From: Lama glama
Lineage: Eukaryota
Direction of reading: 5' to 3'
NCBI GenBank assembly: GCA_028534125.1
Contig: CM052817.1
Span: forward strand, 25,980,001 to 26,044,000
DNA length: 64,000 nt
Both the position numbers and the translations under genes were made by a program. The notes beneath the pieces were generated by a model that saw only the letters and a list, made by a program, of their open reading frames with translations, made no database searches and had not been told where the DNA came from. Numbering within the stretch: position 1 is the first letter of the stretch; each line of letters begins with the position of its first letter. Shown here one piece after another: positions 40,199 to 55,232 of this stretch.

Positions 40199-41875
40199 GA
40201 ATAACACCCAAAGAAAGATTTGGAATGTGAGTAGAGCAAAATAGCAGGAGCAGCAGCTGAGAGGGATGTGAGTACGTGCCCTTCTCCCCCTGGGCACTCC
40301 CAGCCACTCAAGCTGCGCACACATATTTGAACAGATGTTTGTGCTAATAAAATACCATTTTAATTATTTTTACTGGGCTTCTGTGAAAATTTCATTTGAC
40401 AGTCATTCTCTTGCTAAAATTTTGACCACCACATCTTAATTTTCAAGAGCTCTTCTCTGATTATTCTTTTTCTTTCTTTCTTTTTTAAAATAGCATCCTG
40501 TTCTTGTTTCATGGCTACAGGTTCTTCCGTTTCTCTCTAAGGATAATTAGTGTTTTGAAGTTGTGGTTTTCTGCATTGAGCATTGTCTCTGTTTCCTTTG
40601 TTTGTTTTAGTCTCTGCCTTTTGTGTTGAAGGCTTTCCTTCAACTCCGTGGCTGTGCACTTTCACACTAAGTGATGAGCCACTCCAAAGCTGTTTGGAAG
40701 CTGGGGTGGAAGGGCTATGTAACTAATAGAGTTTCACTGTAGAGTGTTTAGGAGGTGAGCTGGGTTTCTCAATGAGTGATTCCCAAATGTCAGAATTATT
40801 TCCCTAAAGTCATTCGAGTTTTCAAAATAATTATAATCCTCAAGTCTTCTGCCTTGAGTGTTATAAACTTGGCTTCTGGCTTTCTCAGAGCCAAATGAGT
40901 AAAAGCAAGAGGGTAGGGGAGTGTGGGTCTCTGTTCGGTATGCAGGCTTTTATTTAAAGTTCCCTTCTTTCCAGGGAACAACACCCTCCCCAAGTCCGAA
41001 GCTTTCTGATTCTATTCCTCCTGAAAGTAAACCTCTAATGTCCCATGAGAGTAAGGAGTGGGAAAGATAGTTTCTTGGTGTGGGGTAGGGTAGAGACTTG
41101 GGTGCGTTTGACTCTTCCTTGTACAATCTACTATCAAAGTCCCCTGTTTTTAGGCCCACACCTAAACCCCACCTCTTGTGGTATGTGGTGCCTCCAATTC
41201 TTGGGATCTTCTAAGGGGCCAATTACGTACATCCAGAAGGCAGTTCCTTGTCTGAGCACTGGAGTTTCTGCTTGCTTTTCTTTATAATAAGTTACTTAGC
41301 TTTCCATTGCTCTCCACCTTCTGAAAATTGGTGGGCATTTCTCTTCTACCGGTGCCTCCTTTCCCATTTTTTGTCCTTGTCAGTTTATAGCTTTCTTATT
41401 CCTTTAGTGCCATTTTAGGAAAGTTCAGAGAGAATGAAAATAGTGCATATGGTTATTTCAACACAGATGACCAACAGTCCAGACAGTGCTCTGACTTGCT
41501 GGCTTTGCTTTAGGGCAAACTTGAAGATAGCTAGTGTTGGACTTAGAATGCATAAGGCTTTGTTTTGGTGCAGAACTGTACTTGTTGCTATAGTTCTCCC
41601 TAAACAGCTGAATCAGTTTCTTTAGCAAAGAACCCTCCCCTACTCCCACCTACCTTTTTTCTCCTTGACCCTGAGGGCTGGGAAATGTAGTCACATGGGT
41701 GTAAATGCCAGGATGTAAGTCATTGTGCCTCTGAGGTGGTGAGATGAGAAGGTTGACTGTTCAAGTTAAAGACTTAGGGTTAAGGCCCCAGCGTGTGCCC
41801 CTCTCCCACCTCCTTTTGGATAGAGCTTCTGCTGTCCTGCTGGGCATGCTTCCTTCTCTGGCCTTCAAACCAATG

Positions 41876-42440
41876 TTCCAGTTTATCCCTCCACCCTCCC
41901 CTTCCCACCCTGGTAACTGTAGTTTGTTTTCTATGTCTGTGAATCTGTTTCTGTTTTGTAAATAAGTTCATTTGTGTTGGGTATTTTTGTTTGTTTGATT
42001 GGTTGGGTTTTTTAGATTACACATATAATTGATATTATATGGTATTTTTCTTTCTCTTTCTGGCTTCACTTATTATGACAATCTCTTGGTCCATCCATGT
42101 TGCTGCAAGTGGCATTATTTTATTTTTTATGGTGAATAGTATTCCATTGTGTGTGTGTGTATTATATATATGTGTGTGTATGTGTGTGTGTGTGTGTGTG
42201 TGTGTATTACATACTACAATGGCTTTATCCAGTCATCTGTTGATGGACATTTAGGTTGCTTCCATGTTTTGGCTATTGTATATAGTGCTGCTGTGAACAT
42301 TGGAGTGCATGTGTCTGTTTTAATTAGCATCCCCTCTGATATATGCCCAGGATTGGGATTGCTGAATCATATGTTAAGTCCATTTTTAGTTTTTTAAGGA
42401 ACCTCCATACTGTTTTCCATAATGGCTGCACCAAACTAGA
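41876..42440 (-). mobile_element. LINE-1 fragment with internal (TG)n microsatellite
   Basis: CCATCCATGTTGCTGCAA, GATGGACATTTAGGTTGCTTCCA, GAACCTCCATACTGTTTTCCATAATGGCTGCACCAA; TG repeats about 42147-42204. Confidence 0.85.
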
Positions 42441-45407
42441 GCAGCCGTCTTGAACTGTGAGATAAGAGACTTGTGTCAATGGTGGCAGAGCCCAGGTAAA
42501 GAAGCCTGAGCCTCTGGTGACTACTGAAGTGCCCTGGACCTCCATGTGTGAGAGAAGTACATTTCTGTTCTGTTTAAGACACTTATCTTTTTAGTCTCTA
42601 TTGAGCAGCCAAGTTTAAATACTAACTAATGTAATTTGTAAGCATGTTTATTCTAATGCCTTCAAAATTAATGCCTATTAAAATTAAGAAAAATGTATAT
42701 TCACCTAAAATAATCTCCCATGTTACTAGCGGTGTATTGTAAATGCACGTCTACAATGAGTAGTCTCTGACCTATATTCAGGGAAAAGGAAGGGAGGAAG
42801 GGAGCAAGAGGGCACTGTATCCAACCTATCCTCTGAAGTTTAAAGGTCCTTTAGAAGTATTATTTTGCAAGACTGGCACTAATGATATAGTTCTTCCTGA
42901 GTTTTTGGTCTAAAACTTTAATACAGTGCCAGTGTATGAATAAACTAGATGGTAATATCTAGTTTGGGGCTGCAAGCTCTAGAAAGCTAGTTTCAGTCTC
43001 TTTAGTGTAACTAAGTTAATATCTTTTTTTTTAAGAAAGTATATTTTAAAATGAAAACCTTCAGTGATTCCATTTACCATTTTAATCATTTTAAAGTATA
43101 CACTTCAGTAGGATTAAGTATATTCACTATGTTGTGTAACCACTGGTATCTCCATTTTGACAATTAAATGAAGCCCAAACTTTAGCCTGAAGTTCAAGGC
43201 TTTCTACAGCCTCTCCTTAGTCTAAACTTCCAGTCTTCCCCAGCTATTCCTCTTCATGGTCCCTTCAATTCCAAGCAAAAAAGCAACTTGCTTTTCCCTA
43301 GAACCAGTCTGAATTTTCCTGCATACATCTTTTTGCTCCCATTGCTTTTGACACAGACTGCTCTTTTGACCCACCCTTCCCTGCTAAGGTCATGTCTATT
43401 ATAAAGGCACACCTCAAATACCAACCTATCTCCAGAAGTCTTCCTGTTTTCCTTGGCAGGAGTAAACTACCTTTGTACCCACATGGCATTTACGGCTATT
43501 TTCATATTTGCTCATGTGTCTTAGCTTCTCTGCAAGATTGCTGTCATTCATCTATGCCCTCCATTTCCTAGCACCTCACAGCATCTGCCTTATAGTGGGT
43601 ACACAGACACCCAATTTGAAATAGTCTCAAACGTGAGAACAAGTGAATTTACATAGGAAACTAGGCCTTATTTTCAGTAGTTTGTCTGGAACCCTCCCAG
43701 CTCTTCCCCATCCCTAGACCCCTGCAGAACCTCAGACCCCTTTGTAGTAGGTGGGAGTCCCAGGGGAGGCGGGAAGGGGAAGGGCATGTACTCACGTCCT
43801 TCTCAGCTGCTGCTTGTGCTGTTTTACCTTATCCGTCATCTGATTCTTCCCCTGGGATGCTATCCTGTCAGCCTGCTTAAGGCCACATTGCTCCCTGTAG
43901 TAATACCTCTGAAATTAGGATGCTTTCAACTTCAGGTAAGAAAAGCTCCTACTTCATCTGTTGGGACTTTGAGCACGTTACTTAATCTTTCTAGCCTTCT
44001 GCCCTCCATCTGAAAATGAACACTGTTTAGTGTTACTGATTAAAATACATCACCTACTACTGTTTCCTAAACTCCAGTCAAAGGCCTTACATGAGGAATA
44101 GATGAGAAGGTGCACCTAAAGGGCTCAGCAGAGTGCCTGCCCTGTAAGTCTGTGTTAATTACTGTACTCAGTGATTCCAGAGTCTACATGTGGCTCTGGG
44201 TCAGTGGGGCCAGTTTTATAGTGCCTAACAGGAGTGTCCATCACCTGCCAGCCATTGCCAGTAAGATCTTTGTGTAAACATTGATCTCATGTAATCCACA
44301 TAACAACTTTGAGTTAGGGATGAATTATCTCTATTTTATAGATGAGGAAAATAAGGCTTTTGGGTAACTTAGCCAAGATATCACTTGCTAATAAGTAATG
44401 CAATCAGGATTAAAAGCTGGAAGTCTGAAGTTGAATAACATAATTTCTGGAGAACACACTGTAGGAGAGAGATTTTACTTTTTTATATACCCTTTTGTAT
44501 CTATTTGAATTTTTTAAAACCGTGTCCATGTATTATTTTCGATTTTAAATACTAGTTAATAATCTCACATAAAATATTAGCTAATAAAAATAGAAATCTT
44601 GTATCAACTTTTAAAAAACACACGGTCTTTAATTTCCTTAATAGGGGAAAACAAGGCTAACTGTCTTCTTTCAACTTTTCACACAAAGGCCTCAAATTGC
44701 TGTTTAAGTTACCTGTCCAGTTACTGGGGTTTTTTTTCCCCCATTATAGCCAGTTTACATGGCTCTATGAAATGCCTTTTGTATTTTCCCTCAGTTACTA
44801 ATTCTCCTCCCTTTTAATTAGTATATTTTATGCATAACTATTTACTTATCAATCCTAGGCACTGATGCATCCTGCAACTTAAAACCAGTGCCTTATTTTA
44901 TCTCCTTTAGGCAAGACATCTTTGGGTTATAATCCCTTTAATATAAGATTATTAAACAGAATACAAGAATATTTTCAAGCAGAAATGTAAAGCAAATTCT
45001 AACTAATAAACTCATCCTCACTTCAAAGTCTTATGGCTCATCTATGTTCAAATACTCGTGTTTGTCTCTTTCTGGTGTTTTGCTTCTGGTTCTCTGGTCT
45101 GCAAACTTCTGTCTTAAAGGGTCAGATAGCAATTTATATAACCATTTAAAATGAAATGTAAAAATGTAAAAGACATCTTAAGCTCACAGGCAGCTAGCTA
45201 GATTTGGCCCATGAGCTTTAATTTGCTGATACCTAGTCTATTTGCTAAATTCCCTCCCTTTCTTGCATCATTTAAAAGAACAATGTAATGCCCTTTTCTC
45301 AAAATAGTAAGGAGCGATATTTTCCTATTTAATGTCAGACTGTCATGACTCATTAGTTACATGTACTAGACAAAAAATACACCCACACAGTGGCTGATAC
45401 AGAGTAT

Positions 45408-45413
45408 TTTATT
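45408..45413 (-). terminator. UGDH: Probable UGDH polyadenylation signal
   Basis: AATAAA on the minus strand followed by a GU/U-rich downstream element (TGTGTGGGTGTATTTTTTGT), about 1.2 kb after the stop. Confidence 0.6.
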
Positions 45414-46616
45414 TATATATTTGATATCTGTACAGATGTCTCTGTCCTCATCTTTATCTCTGTAGATTCTTATTGAACCGCAAAATTCCTAAAGGATGAG
45501 GCTTGCATCTGTTTAATACAATTTGTACACTCTCAGCGGAGCACAAGCATCAAAGGGACATCTGACATATTTCAATAATGATAAACACAAGAGAAAATCA
45601 AAGTCAACAAGAGACAAGAAAAAAAGCAGATGAAAACACAAAATTTCTTATTTCAGGATTATGCCATACATAACTTGTAATATCTACTTTTTTAAGTTTA
45701 TACATGAGATTATACTGTTTTTATTACTTAAAGGCAAAGGGGGAAACTGCAGTGAATTACAGGAATAAAATGCAAAGTAAAGGTAACAAATATTTCTGGC
45801 TCTTGGACTGAAAAACTAATGATCTGTGAGGATAAATAAGAAGTGAAGAGGTCTGAAGTAAATTTTCATTTCACCACATGATCTTCTCATGTTAAAAAAA
45901 ACTGCCTTTTAGTCTTACTGATTGATTGGAAATGGGCAGTGATGATCTTTTTGGACTAAGGAAAAAAACGATGCAGTTCATTAAAACAAAAGGAGCAAAG
46001 GAACAATAACCAAATGATACTTGTAGGGTCAGTTCTAATGTGGAAGCACAGGGGGGAAAAGTTGGACCTCATTCTGCCCATTGCATCCTTCTAAGTTCAG
46101 AGAGACAGGAAATGGCAGTGGAGGCCACCTCACTCAATTAATCCAGAAATCTCTAAATTTCCATGACACTTTGGAAAAGTCAACAGGTGTAGTTTAGTAT
46201 TTAATATAGCAATTTTATGGTTTAAAATACATACTTAATGACAAGTAAATAAACCGATGATCAGAAAAACAAGAGTGCCATTCCCATTAAAATGTGATAT
46301 TAAACTGCTGCCTAAAGACATTTTATAAAGTAAAAAGTGTTTAAAGTTTAATTTTACAAAAATCAACACCATTAAAACCAACATGATTATTTGCTACTCA
46401 TCCAATCACTGAGGTAACAATATTATAAAAATATGTAAAAAATATTCTAGTTTGATAATTACCAGATATGCTGATTCCCATACAACTAGTATAAATGTGA
46501 TTATTAAAAAAATAGTTTTGTTTCCTTAAAAGCACTTGGTTCATTTACCATTGAATATCAGATAAATATTTGCTATCCTAAAGTACCAAAAAAATTACAG
46601 ATAAAAATGGCAATGT

Positions 46617-46727
<111 letters not shown>

Positions 46728-49168
46728 CTAGAGGGGAAAAAAATTTTTTTTAATCTTTTTAGAGAGAAAATTACTAACAATTACAATACATAAATGTAAA
46801 ATCTCTATAGTGCAGTATAATAAGGAGGAAAACCTAAGTGATTTTTTTTTTTAAAGCAGAAGTTTCTCAAGTTGTCTGGGTTAATACAAAAGATCTTTGG
46901 TTCCTTCCACATTTTTTATGTTTCTAGAACCAGTCTACACTCCATCTTTCATATTCGTATTTAGACACGCTCACTCCTGTCATTCTCAGCACCAGACCCG
47001 TTCAGAGTAGGCAGGCATATGCCACTATCATCGTAGTAGCACACACACAAGCAGTAAACAGACCAGATTGTTTTTTAATGAGCAAAAAGCACATTTTTAT
47101 TATGTTAAGCCGTTACAATTTTAGGTTTTATTTATTATTATAGCTGGTTACTTCAGTATAGCTACCTAAGCTAAGTAGTATGTCACCTTACTAGAAGAAA
47201 CACACACAGCTTATATATATACATAAACACAAGTATACACAAATACACATACACACTTTCCATCTCTTTTTTATATTGCTAATGGGACTATAAAATTCCA
47301 CAACCCTTCTGGAATACAATTTGACAGCATTTATCAAAACTCTTAATTATGTACTACATATTTGTGCTTATTTATGTGATTACCTTGCAGGCCAGAATGT
47401 TAATTCACATTCTTTCCAACTCTATTCTAATGTCTGTTTTCCTTATTCTAAAATAACTTGCACAAGCTGTAACAGCATAGTTTTTAGAAGTTCGGGTTTC
47501 AGAGTCTAAAAAGGCTCCAGTTGGAATCCTGACTGATAACTGCTGTTTCCTAAACTTGTGAAGGTCTTTCTTCCTCATTTGTGAGTGGTGTTACCCACCT
47601 ACCTCAAAAGGCTGTGGTAAGAATTCAACTAGATAGTGCTCAGCACAGTGTCTGGCAGAAAAGAAGTTAGCCTTCAATAAATCAATGGTAGTCAATTTTC
47701 ATTTTGCATATTACATTTTAAATCTTTTCCCTGCTATCCAAAATCATCAGTCTTTAAAGACACTTCTTTTTTAATAGTCATAACTTTATCTCCTTTCTAC
47801 AGCAGAGTTAAATATACTACACAATTTTCATAAATGTCTTTTTAATTAAAAATAATATCTAATTCTGACTCATACCACAAAGGGTTTTTGCTTCGTATTG
47901 ATCAATTATACAATAATCAATTATAAATCTTATTTAGTGACTTGTAAATACACTTTCTTTAGTGATTCCATCCTAATTTTTTTTAATCCTTGCTAGCAAA
48001 AGTTAAGTTATAAGTTCTTTTATAAGAACTCAAACTCATTTTAATATATATCCTCTATGTATCTTCTCCTTTTGATGAGTAAAACAGGAATAAGAGAAAA
48101 TGTGTCTGTGCCTGCAGATAATCTTAAAAAACAAACAAACAAAAAAACCTTGCTGAGTTTCAGTCATGACAGGAAAAAACAATCATGTTAACTCGCTAAG
48201 GAGGGGTGGGACAGAAGAGCCCCCAGGGTCCTTGCTGGAGTGTGCACAGACAAGGATGCCATCTGAGTTTTGCTGCAAGTTAATCTCTCATGAATGAGAA
48301 ATGGGCACTGAATTCTAAATAAGGATCTTCAACAAGTCAGTGACAAGAGAACCAGATCAAATACTTAGAACAGCACACGGGGCCTTCTCAGTACCTCTCC
48401 AAGACAGCTGGTGTCGAGCAGACGCACACAGCCAGCTCTGAACACAGCCCTGCGCTGCTCTGCTTGGGGACCGTGCTGATGCAACCTCCTGGCAGATTTC
48501 TTTATCCTCCCTGACATCCCCCCAAGCCTCCCACTCCATGTCCACACTGCTCTGAGGAAATGGAAAGTAGCTCCTTTTCTTAACACTTTTGGGGCCCCTG
48601 GTAGAACTGAAATAGATGCAACATCAAACATACTGTTCAGGTTTCGGTCAGCGCTCTAAATGTTCCATAATTAGCTGACAAACCCTGAATCAGAAGAGGG
48701 CCGGAGCCCCTGCATCTCTCGCACCTCATTCAGACCTCTCCCAGCACCAGCACAGTGCTGAGCACTCAGGGTCCAGGATCCTGTACCAACATGTGACAAT
48801 TACACTGAGTACTGTACTTTTCACATTCACACAGCAATAAGTGACCTGGCTTCTGAGGGGGTCAGTGTGATGCAGACAGTTTTGCAGAGCAGCTTTGGAG
48901 GCTCCAGGAAAAAAAATTTTAATTTGTAATTTATTTTCTTACTTGACATTTATATGAGGTAAGGCAAGGCATATCTTGCCCCTACATGATAGGCAACTGA
49001 TGACTTCCTAGATACTACGTAAGAGAGACCCATACTGAATGACCTTTAGATCATAAATTTAAGGAGGGAGTGGACTAATTCACAAATACCCCAGAGATTC
49101 CCAGAGAACTGACTGACATGTTGCCCCAGAGTTATGTTATTGCTAAATGAGAAAATACTAAAATTCTA

Positions 49169-49601
<433 letters not shown>

Positions 49602-49974
49602 TCAAATTATGCATTTTAACACTGGGATTGCAGTGGGAGTTGGAGGTCTGACAGAGTGGAAAAGTCTGGTTGAAGTGTGAGTGAGGATAATGGTAGGGAG
49701 CCTGAAGTACCCCTAATCTTGCCCCAGAAGCATCTCCTTAGAATCTCTGGGGCTTTTTAGAATATATTGGAAAATCATTAGACTAACCCACAGCTGATTA
49801 CTTGAAATCAAAGTTGATGGAAGCAATGTCTGAGAGTTTAATTTTAAAGAAATGAGTTTGAAAAGAGGGCCTACCAATGAAATAAATGATAAAAACTGAA
49901 TTATCAAAGGTTTCTAGAGAACAAACAAGTTTGGGGGCCCAAACTCAAAGTGACACATGAGACACAAAGCCTTA

Positions 49975-50130
<156 letters not shown>

Positions 50131-50315
50131 TCAGTATTGCTAAGCTCTTAAATGGCATATATTCTAATACCTAAGGGGTTTAATCGTACCAGGGAAGATT
50201 CTATTTCTTGTGAGGATATGGCTGCTCACTTCATTTTTATTCTTTATACTTTATACATACATGTATTTCACACACATCCACCATCACAAAAATCAGAGAG
50301 GAGTTCACATTCTCA

Positions 50316-50483
<168 letters not shown>

Positions 50484-51922
50484 TCACATGTACAATTATG
50501 CAGTGATCAGTTAAGAGGTGCATCCTGTGCTACACACTGCTCACGGCTTCATGGTGAGTATTCTTGTCTGAATACAAGCCTAATAAATTAACAGGAGGCA
50601 AAGATTAACCAACCTATTTAGTATCTACAGATGGGGGAAAAAAAAAAGAATTACCCATCATCCACCCCCCTTCCTTATAGCCATCCTGATAATTTAAATT
50701 TTCATTTGGCTTAACTTCCCATGCACCAGGCTGGGACGGATGTAAAGAGAGGGGGCACAGCTAAATTTCACTCCCATCTGAGGTCCAGCCATGAGGCCAG
50801 CCTAAAAAAGGCACACAGAACACAGTGTTCTCCATAGCCAACTTCTCCAAAGCCTGTGGAAGCAATTAAATCCCAAAGTACTCCCTCATACGCTTACCCC
50901 CGACCCCTCGCCAAAACTGAGTGTGAGTAGAAAGTGAACAGAGAATAGTCAAAACAATGCACAAAGTTATATCTGCCTCTGGATGAGCCATAACACCACG
51001 AACATCTGGCAAAGTTTGTAATTCAATGTTATGCATAAAAGTGTCAGATTGCCTAATCTGTTATTCTCCTAAGAGTTTATAAATAAGACGACATACTGGT
51101 GACTAGATGAATATAAGGAATGAGTTTTATTTAAGGCTCTAAGCTTCTATAAGCTGTCTTAGAGCCTGAGAGCTTGGGAAGTGAGTCCAAAGTGTTGGAA
51201 AACCAAGTCTTTATCTGCATTTTCCCTACAATGGACAGTAAGATAAAGCCAACATAATGGATTGAGTGAAATAAACTTAAAAGTGTACATTTCCCTAAAA
51301 ATGTGCATTTTCTTACATTCCCACTCACTGCCAAAATCTGAAAAACCATAGACTTGGGGAAAAAATATTTACAAAAGGTATGAACACTGGCAGCTATCCT
51401 GAACAAATTACTTAACATCGCTAAGCGTCAGCTTCCTTGTCTATAACTGGGGATAATATTAATGATGAGAACTAAGATACTACATGTAAAGGGCTTAAAA
51501 GAGTGCCTGGCACAGAGTTTAAGCACTCAGTAAATATTAACTCTATTTCCATCTTGAGAAGGGTCTCTAATCTTAGCTCTGTGAATCTGGGAAGAGACAA
51601 AACAAATTTCAACCATTTGGAAGCATTACAATACAGGTTCTTCCTTTATTTTTATCTTACGCCTTTCAAGATAGAGAAGACATAATTGAAAGTGGCAGTT
51701 CTTGCTTTACTCTAACTCCAAATTTAGTCATAAAATTGAAGGAATACTGGTTTTATCATAAACTTCCATCACAGCTGATTACCAAAAAACACATTATAAA
51801 CACAGAAGCCCAATAAATAAACCTAAAATGAACAAACTGAATATAATAATGAGTACCTGGAAAAAAATTAATCCTATCAAAAACATTTGATAAAGTAACA
51901 TGTTTTAATTAGAAGTTAATCA

Positions 51923-52081
<159 letters not shown>

Positions 52082-52334
52082 TTAGGAACCACACAACTGA
52101 ATCATGTAACAAATTTCTTTGTCATACTAATCAGCCTATGCTAGGATTTTTAATGATAAAATTTGGATGTTGGAAAATCAGTGGGTTTATAAATTGGGTG
52201 AAATTTGCAAGCAACCAATCAACCCTATAGATAATTTCCAAAGAGTTTTCTAGCTAAAGTTTTATTATGGTGACATTTTCTATCTTTTCCCTTATTCATC
52301 TGGTATCACTGCCCCACATCTCTAATTCTACCAT

Positions 52335-52555
52335 ACAGCTGGCAAACTTTTATAGGTCAGATAGTAAATATTTTAGCCTTTATGGCCCATAATGTCTCTG
52401 GCACAACTATTCAACTCTGCCTTTGTAGCTCAAAAGCAGTCACAGACAACATGCAATCAAATGGGCATAGCTATGTTCCAATAAAACTTTACTTACAAAA
52501 ATAAGCAAATAAGCTGTGGGCCAGTTTTGACCTGAGGGCTATGGTTGCCCACCCC
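52335..52555. mobile_element. hAT-Charlie MITE (MER58-like)
   Basis: GGCAAACTTT...CAGATAGTAAATATTTTAG...CAACTATTCAACTCTGCC...TGTTCCAATAAAACTTTA. Confidence 0.75.
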
Positions 52556-52899
52556 TTTTCTAGCACAATGCACTGTACAGTGAAGGTGGACGTGAGCTTT
52601 GGAATCAAGAACTCATTCGTTGTATGACTTCGAGCAAGTTATAAAAATTACCTCTGATCCTTAATCATCTATATAATGTAAATACCAGCACCTCTGTAAT
52701 AAGTTATAAGGATTAATAAATAAGATATATAAAGTGCTGGTTCAAAACTTGATGCATAATGTGCCTTCAGTAAATAGTAGCTATTTTTATTAAATGTTCA
52801 CTAGAAGAAAATATCAGAAAGATTTAAAAGGCTAGGAAATGGCATGAGGTCCCAAAAATATAGGAAGGGCTCCCTATGGCCCAAACTCTAAAAGTCTCT

Positions 52900-53576
52900 A
52901 TTTACCTTGACATCAACCTTATTAACTTATATCCAAAAATACTTCTCCTTAAGCCCAATAGTTATGTTCTACAAATCTGCCACAAACGTTGAATTAGCAT
53001 ACACTAAAGCATTGTTCCTAGGGAAAAGACAGCATTAGGTGCCTGTGAGCTTCTGGTCACATTTTTGTCAACTGATCGACACATAATCTTGTTTTATGTG
53101 TGTTTCTGTTTAAAGACACATTTTAAAATAAGATTGATGGATTAACATTGAACTCACAGCCAACAGCACTGTAACTCATGCCTGACTGAATGAACCTTAT
53201 TAAACCGCATGTATTTTCCCTGTAAGGAACATCACAGCCTTCTGGTGCTTGGAAACACTGGACAAAACTTCAGCAATATGCTTGGAGGCCATTTTAAACA
53301 GTGGAATCACACAAAAATACAAAAAATGTGGCAAGAAATAAACCACAAAAAGCAAAATGTTTTTTGTGGGAGCTGAAACAAGAAATAACAGTATTGCCTT
53401 ATTCATCTTCAGCTGAGAATGTATGTGTTGGGTGACTCAAAATTTTTAATGCTCTGTTCATGCCTGCAAATGACCACTAAAGCATCATGAGTACCGATGC
53501 TGGTGTTACAAATAAACTTCAGCACATAGGCTAATTCACAAATATGAAATCCACAAATAATGAGGATCAACTGTAT
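52900..53576 (-). mobile_element. TcMar-Tigger-type DNA transposon fragment
   Basis: Minus strand begins TA|CAGTTGATCCTCATTATTTGTGGATTTC; other boundary approximate. Confidence 0.6.
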
Positions 53577-53902
53577 TTTACCAAGGCTGCATTTCCAAAA
53601 CTGCATTAGTAGGAAAAGCAAATGATAGGGAAATTTTCCTTACTTGCTTCAGTAAAGTGTTACAACATTTCCTATGTGGTCTCCCAAACTTACTTGTCCT
53701 AAATGTTCTAACCAAATACTAATATAATCCTCCTAAAACACTGACCTATGTTTATTCTACTAATCAGTCAGTAATTATTATACAATATAAATTAATAGGC
53801 TGAGGCTACATGTATAATGGAATCATTATTTTATTTTAAGGGAGTTAAGCTAAGCAAAGGCTTCCTTAAAGTTAGAGACCTAGCTAAATAAACCTACTTT
53901 TA

Positions 53903-54139
<237 letters not shown>

Positions 54140-54517
54140 TTATATTTCATTGAGTTGATGCAAATTACTGAGGGAGATATAAAAGTTACTGATGGACTTA
54201 GTTTGAGGAGGCAATGGATGGGCTGAGACAGGAAGATGTTTTAAATTAGAGAAGAAAGATGATTAAGAAAGTAAAAGAAGGGCAAGAGTGATCTTTTAAA
54301 TTACGATTGTAATGTAAAGTTCTATTTTCTCTTATATATTCCAGGATATTTTATACCCAAATATTTGATCCCCCTTGTGAAAATTATTTCATAATGTACA
54401 AGAATATTATCTTCAAAAACATACCTTTTTATTAATATTAAGAAAGTACCTGTGTAGCTAATCAGGGTTAAGAGAAATAAGTCCTTGGCTTTAAATTTAA
54501 TAAAGAGTTGAGTGCTA

Positions 54518-54724
<207 letters not shown>

Positions 54725-54780
54725 CTAGAATCCCAATGCAAAGGAAAGTTTTAAGCTGGCATTAATTATGGACAACTTTA

Positions 54781-54908
54781 GGGGGAGGGTATAGCTCAGC
54801 GGCAGAGTGCATGCCTAGCATGCACGATGTCCTGGGTTCCATTCCCAGCACCTCTGTTAAATAAAGAAATAAATAAACTTAATTATCTCTCCCCCATTAA
54901 AAAAAATA
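54781..54908 (+). mobile_element. tRNA-derived SINE (vic-1-like)
   Basis: GGGGGAGGGTATAGCTCAG...; perfect 14-bp TSD TATGGACAACTTTA 54767-54780/54909-54922. Confidence 0.92.
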
Positions 54909-54974
54909 TATGGACAACTTTACAGCATGGATATTTACATAAGAAGAACAAGATTCTAATGCTTCTTTTTTTCA

Positions 54975-55232
<258 letters not shown>
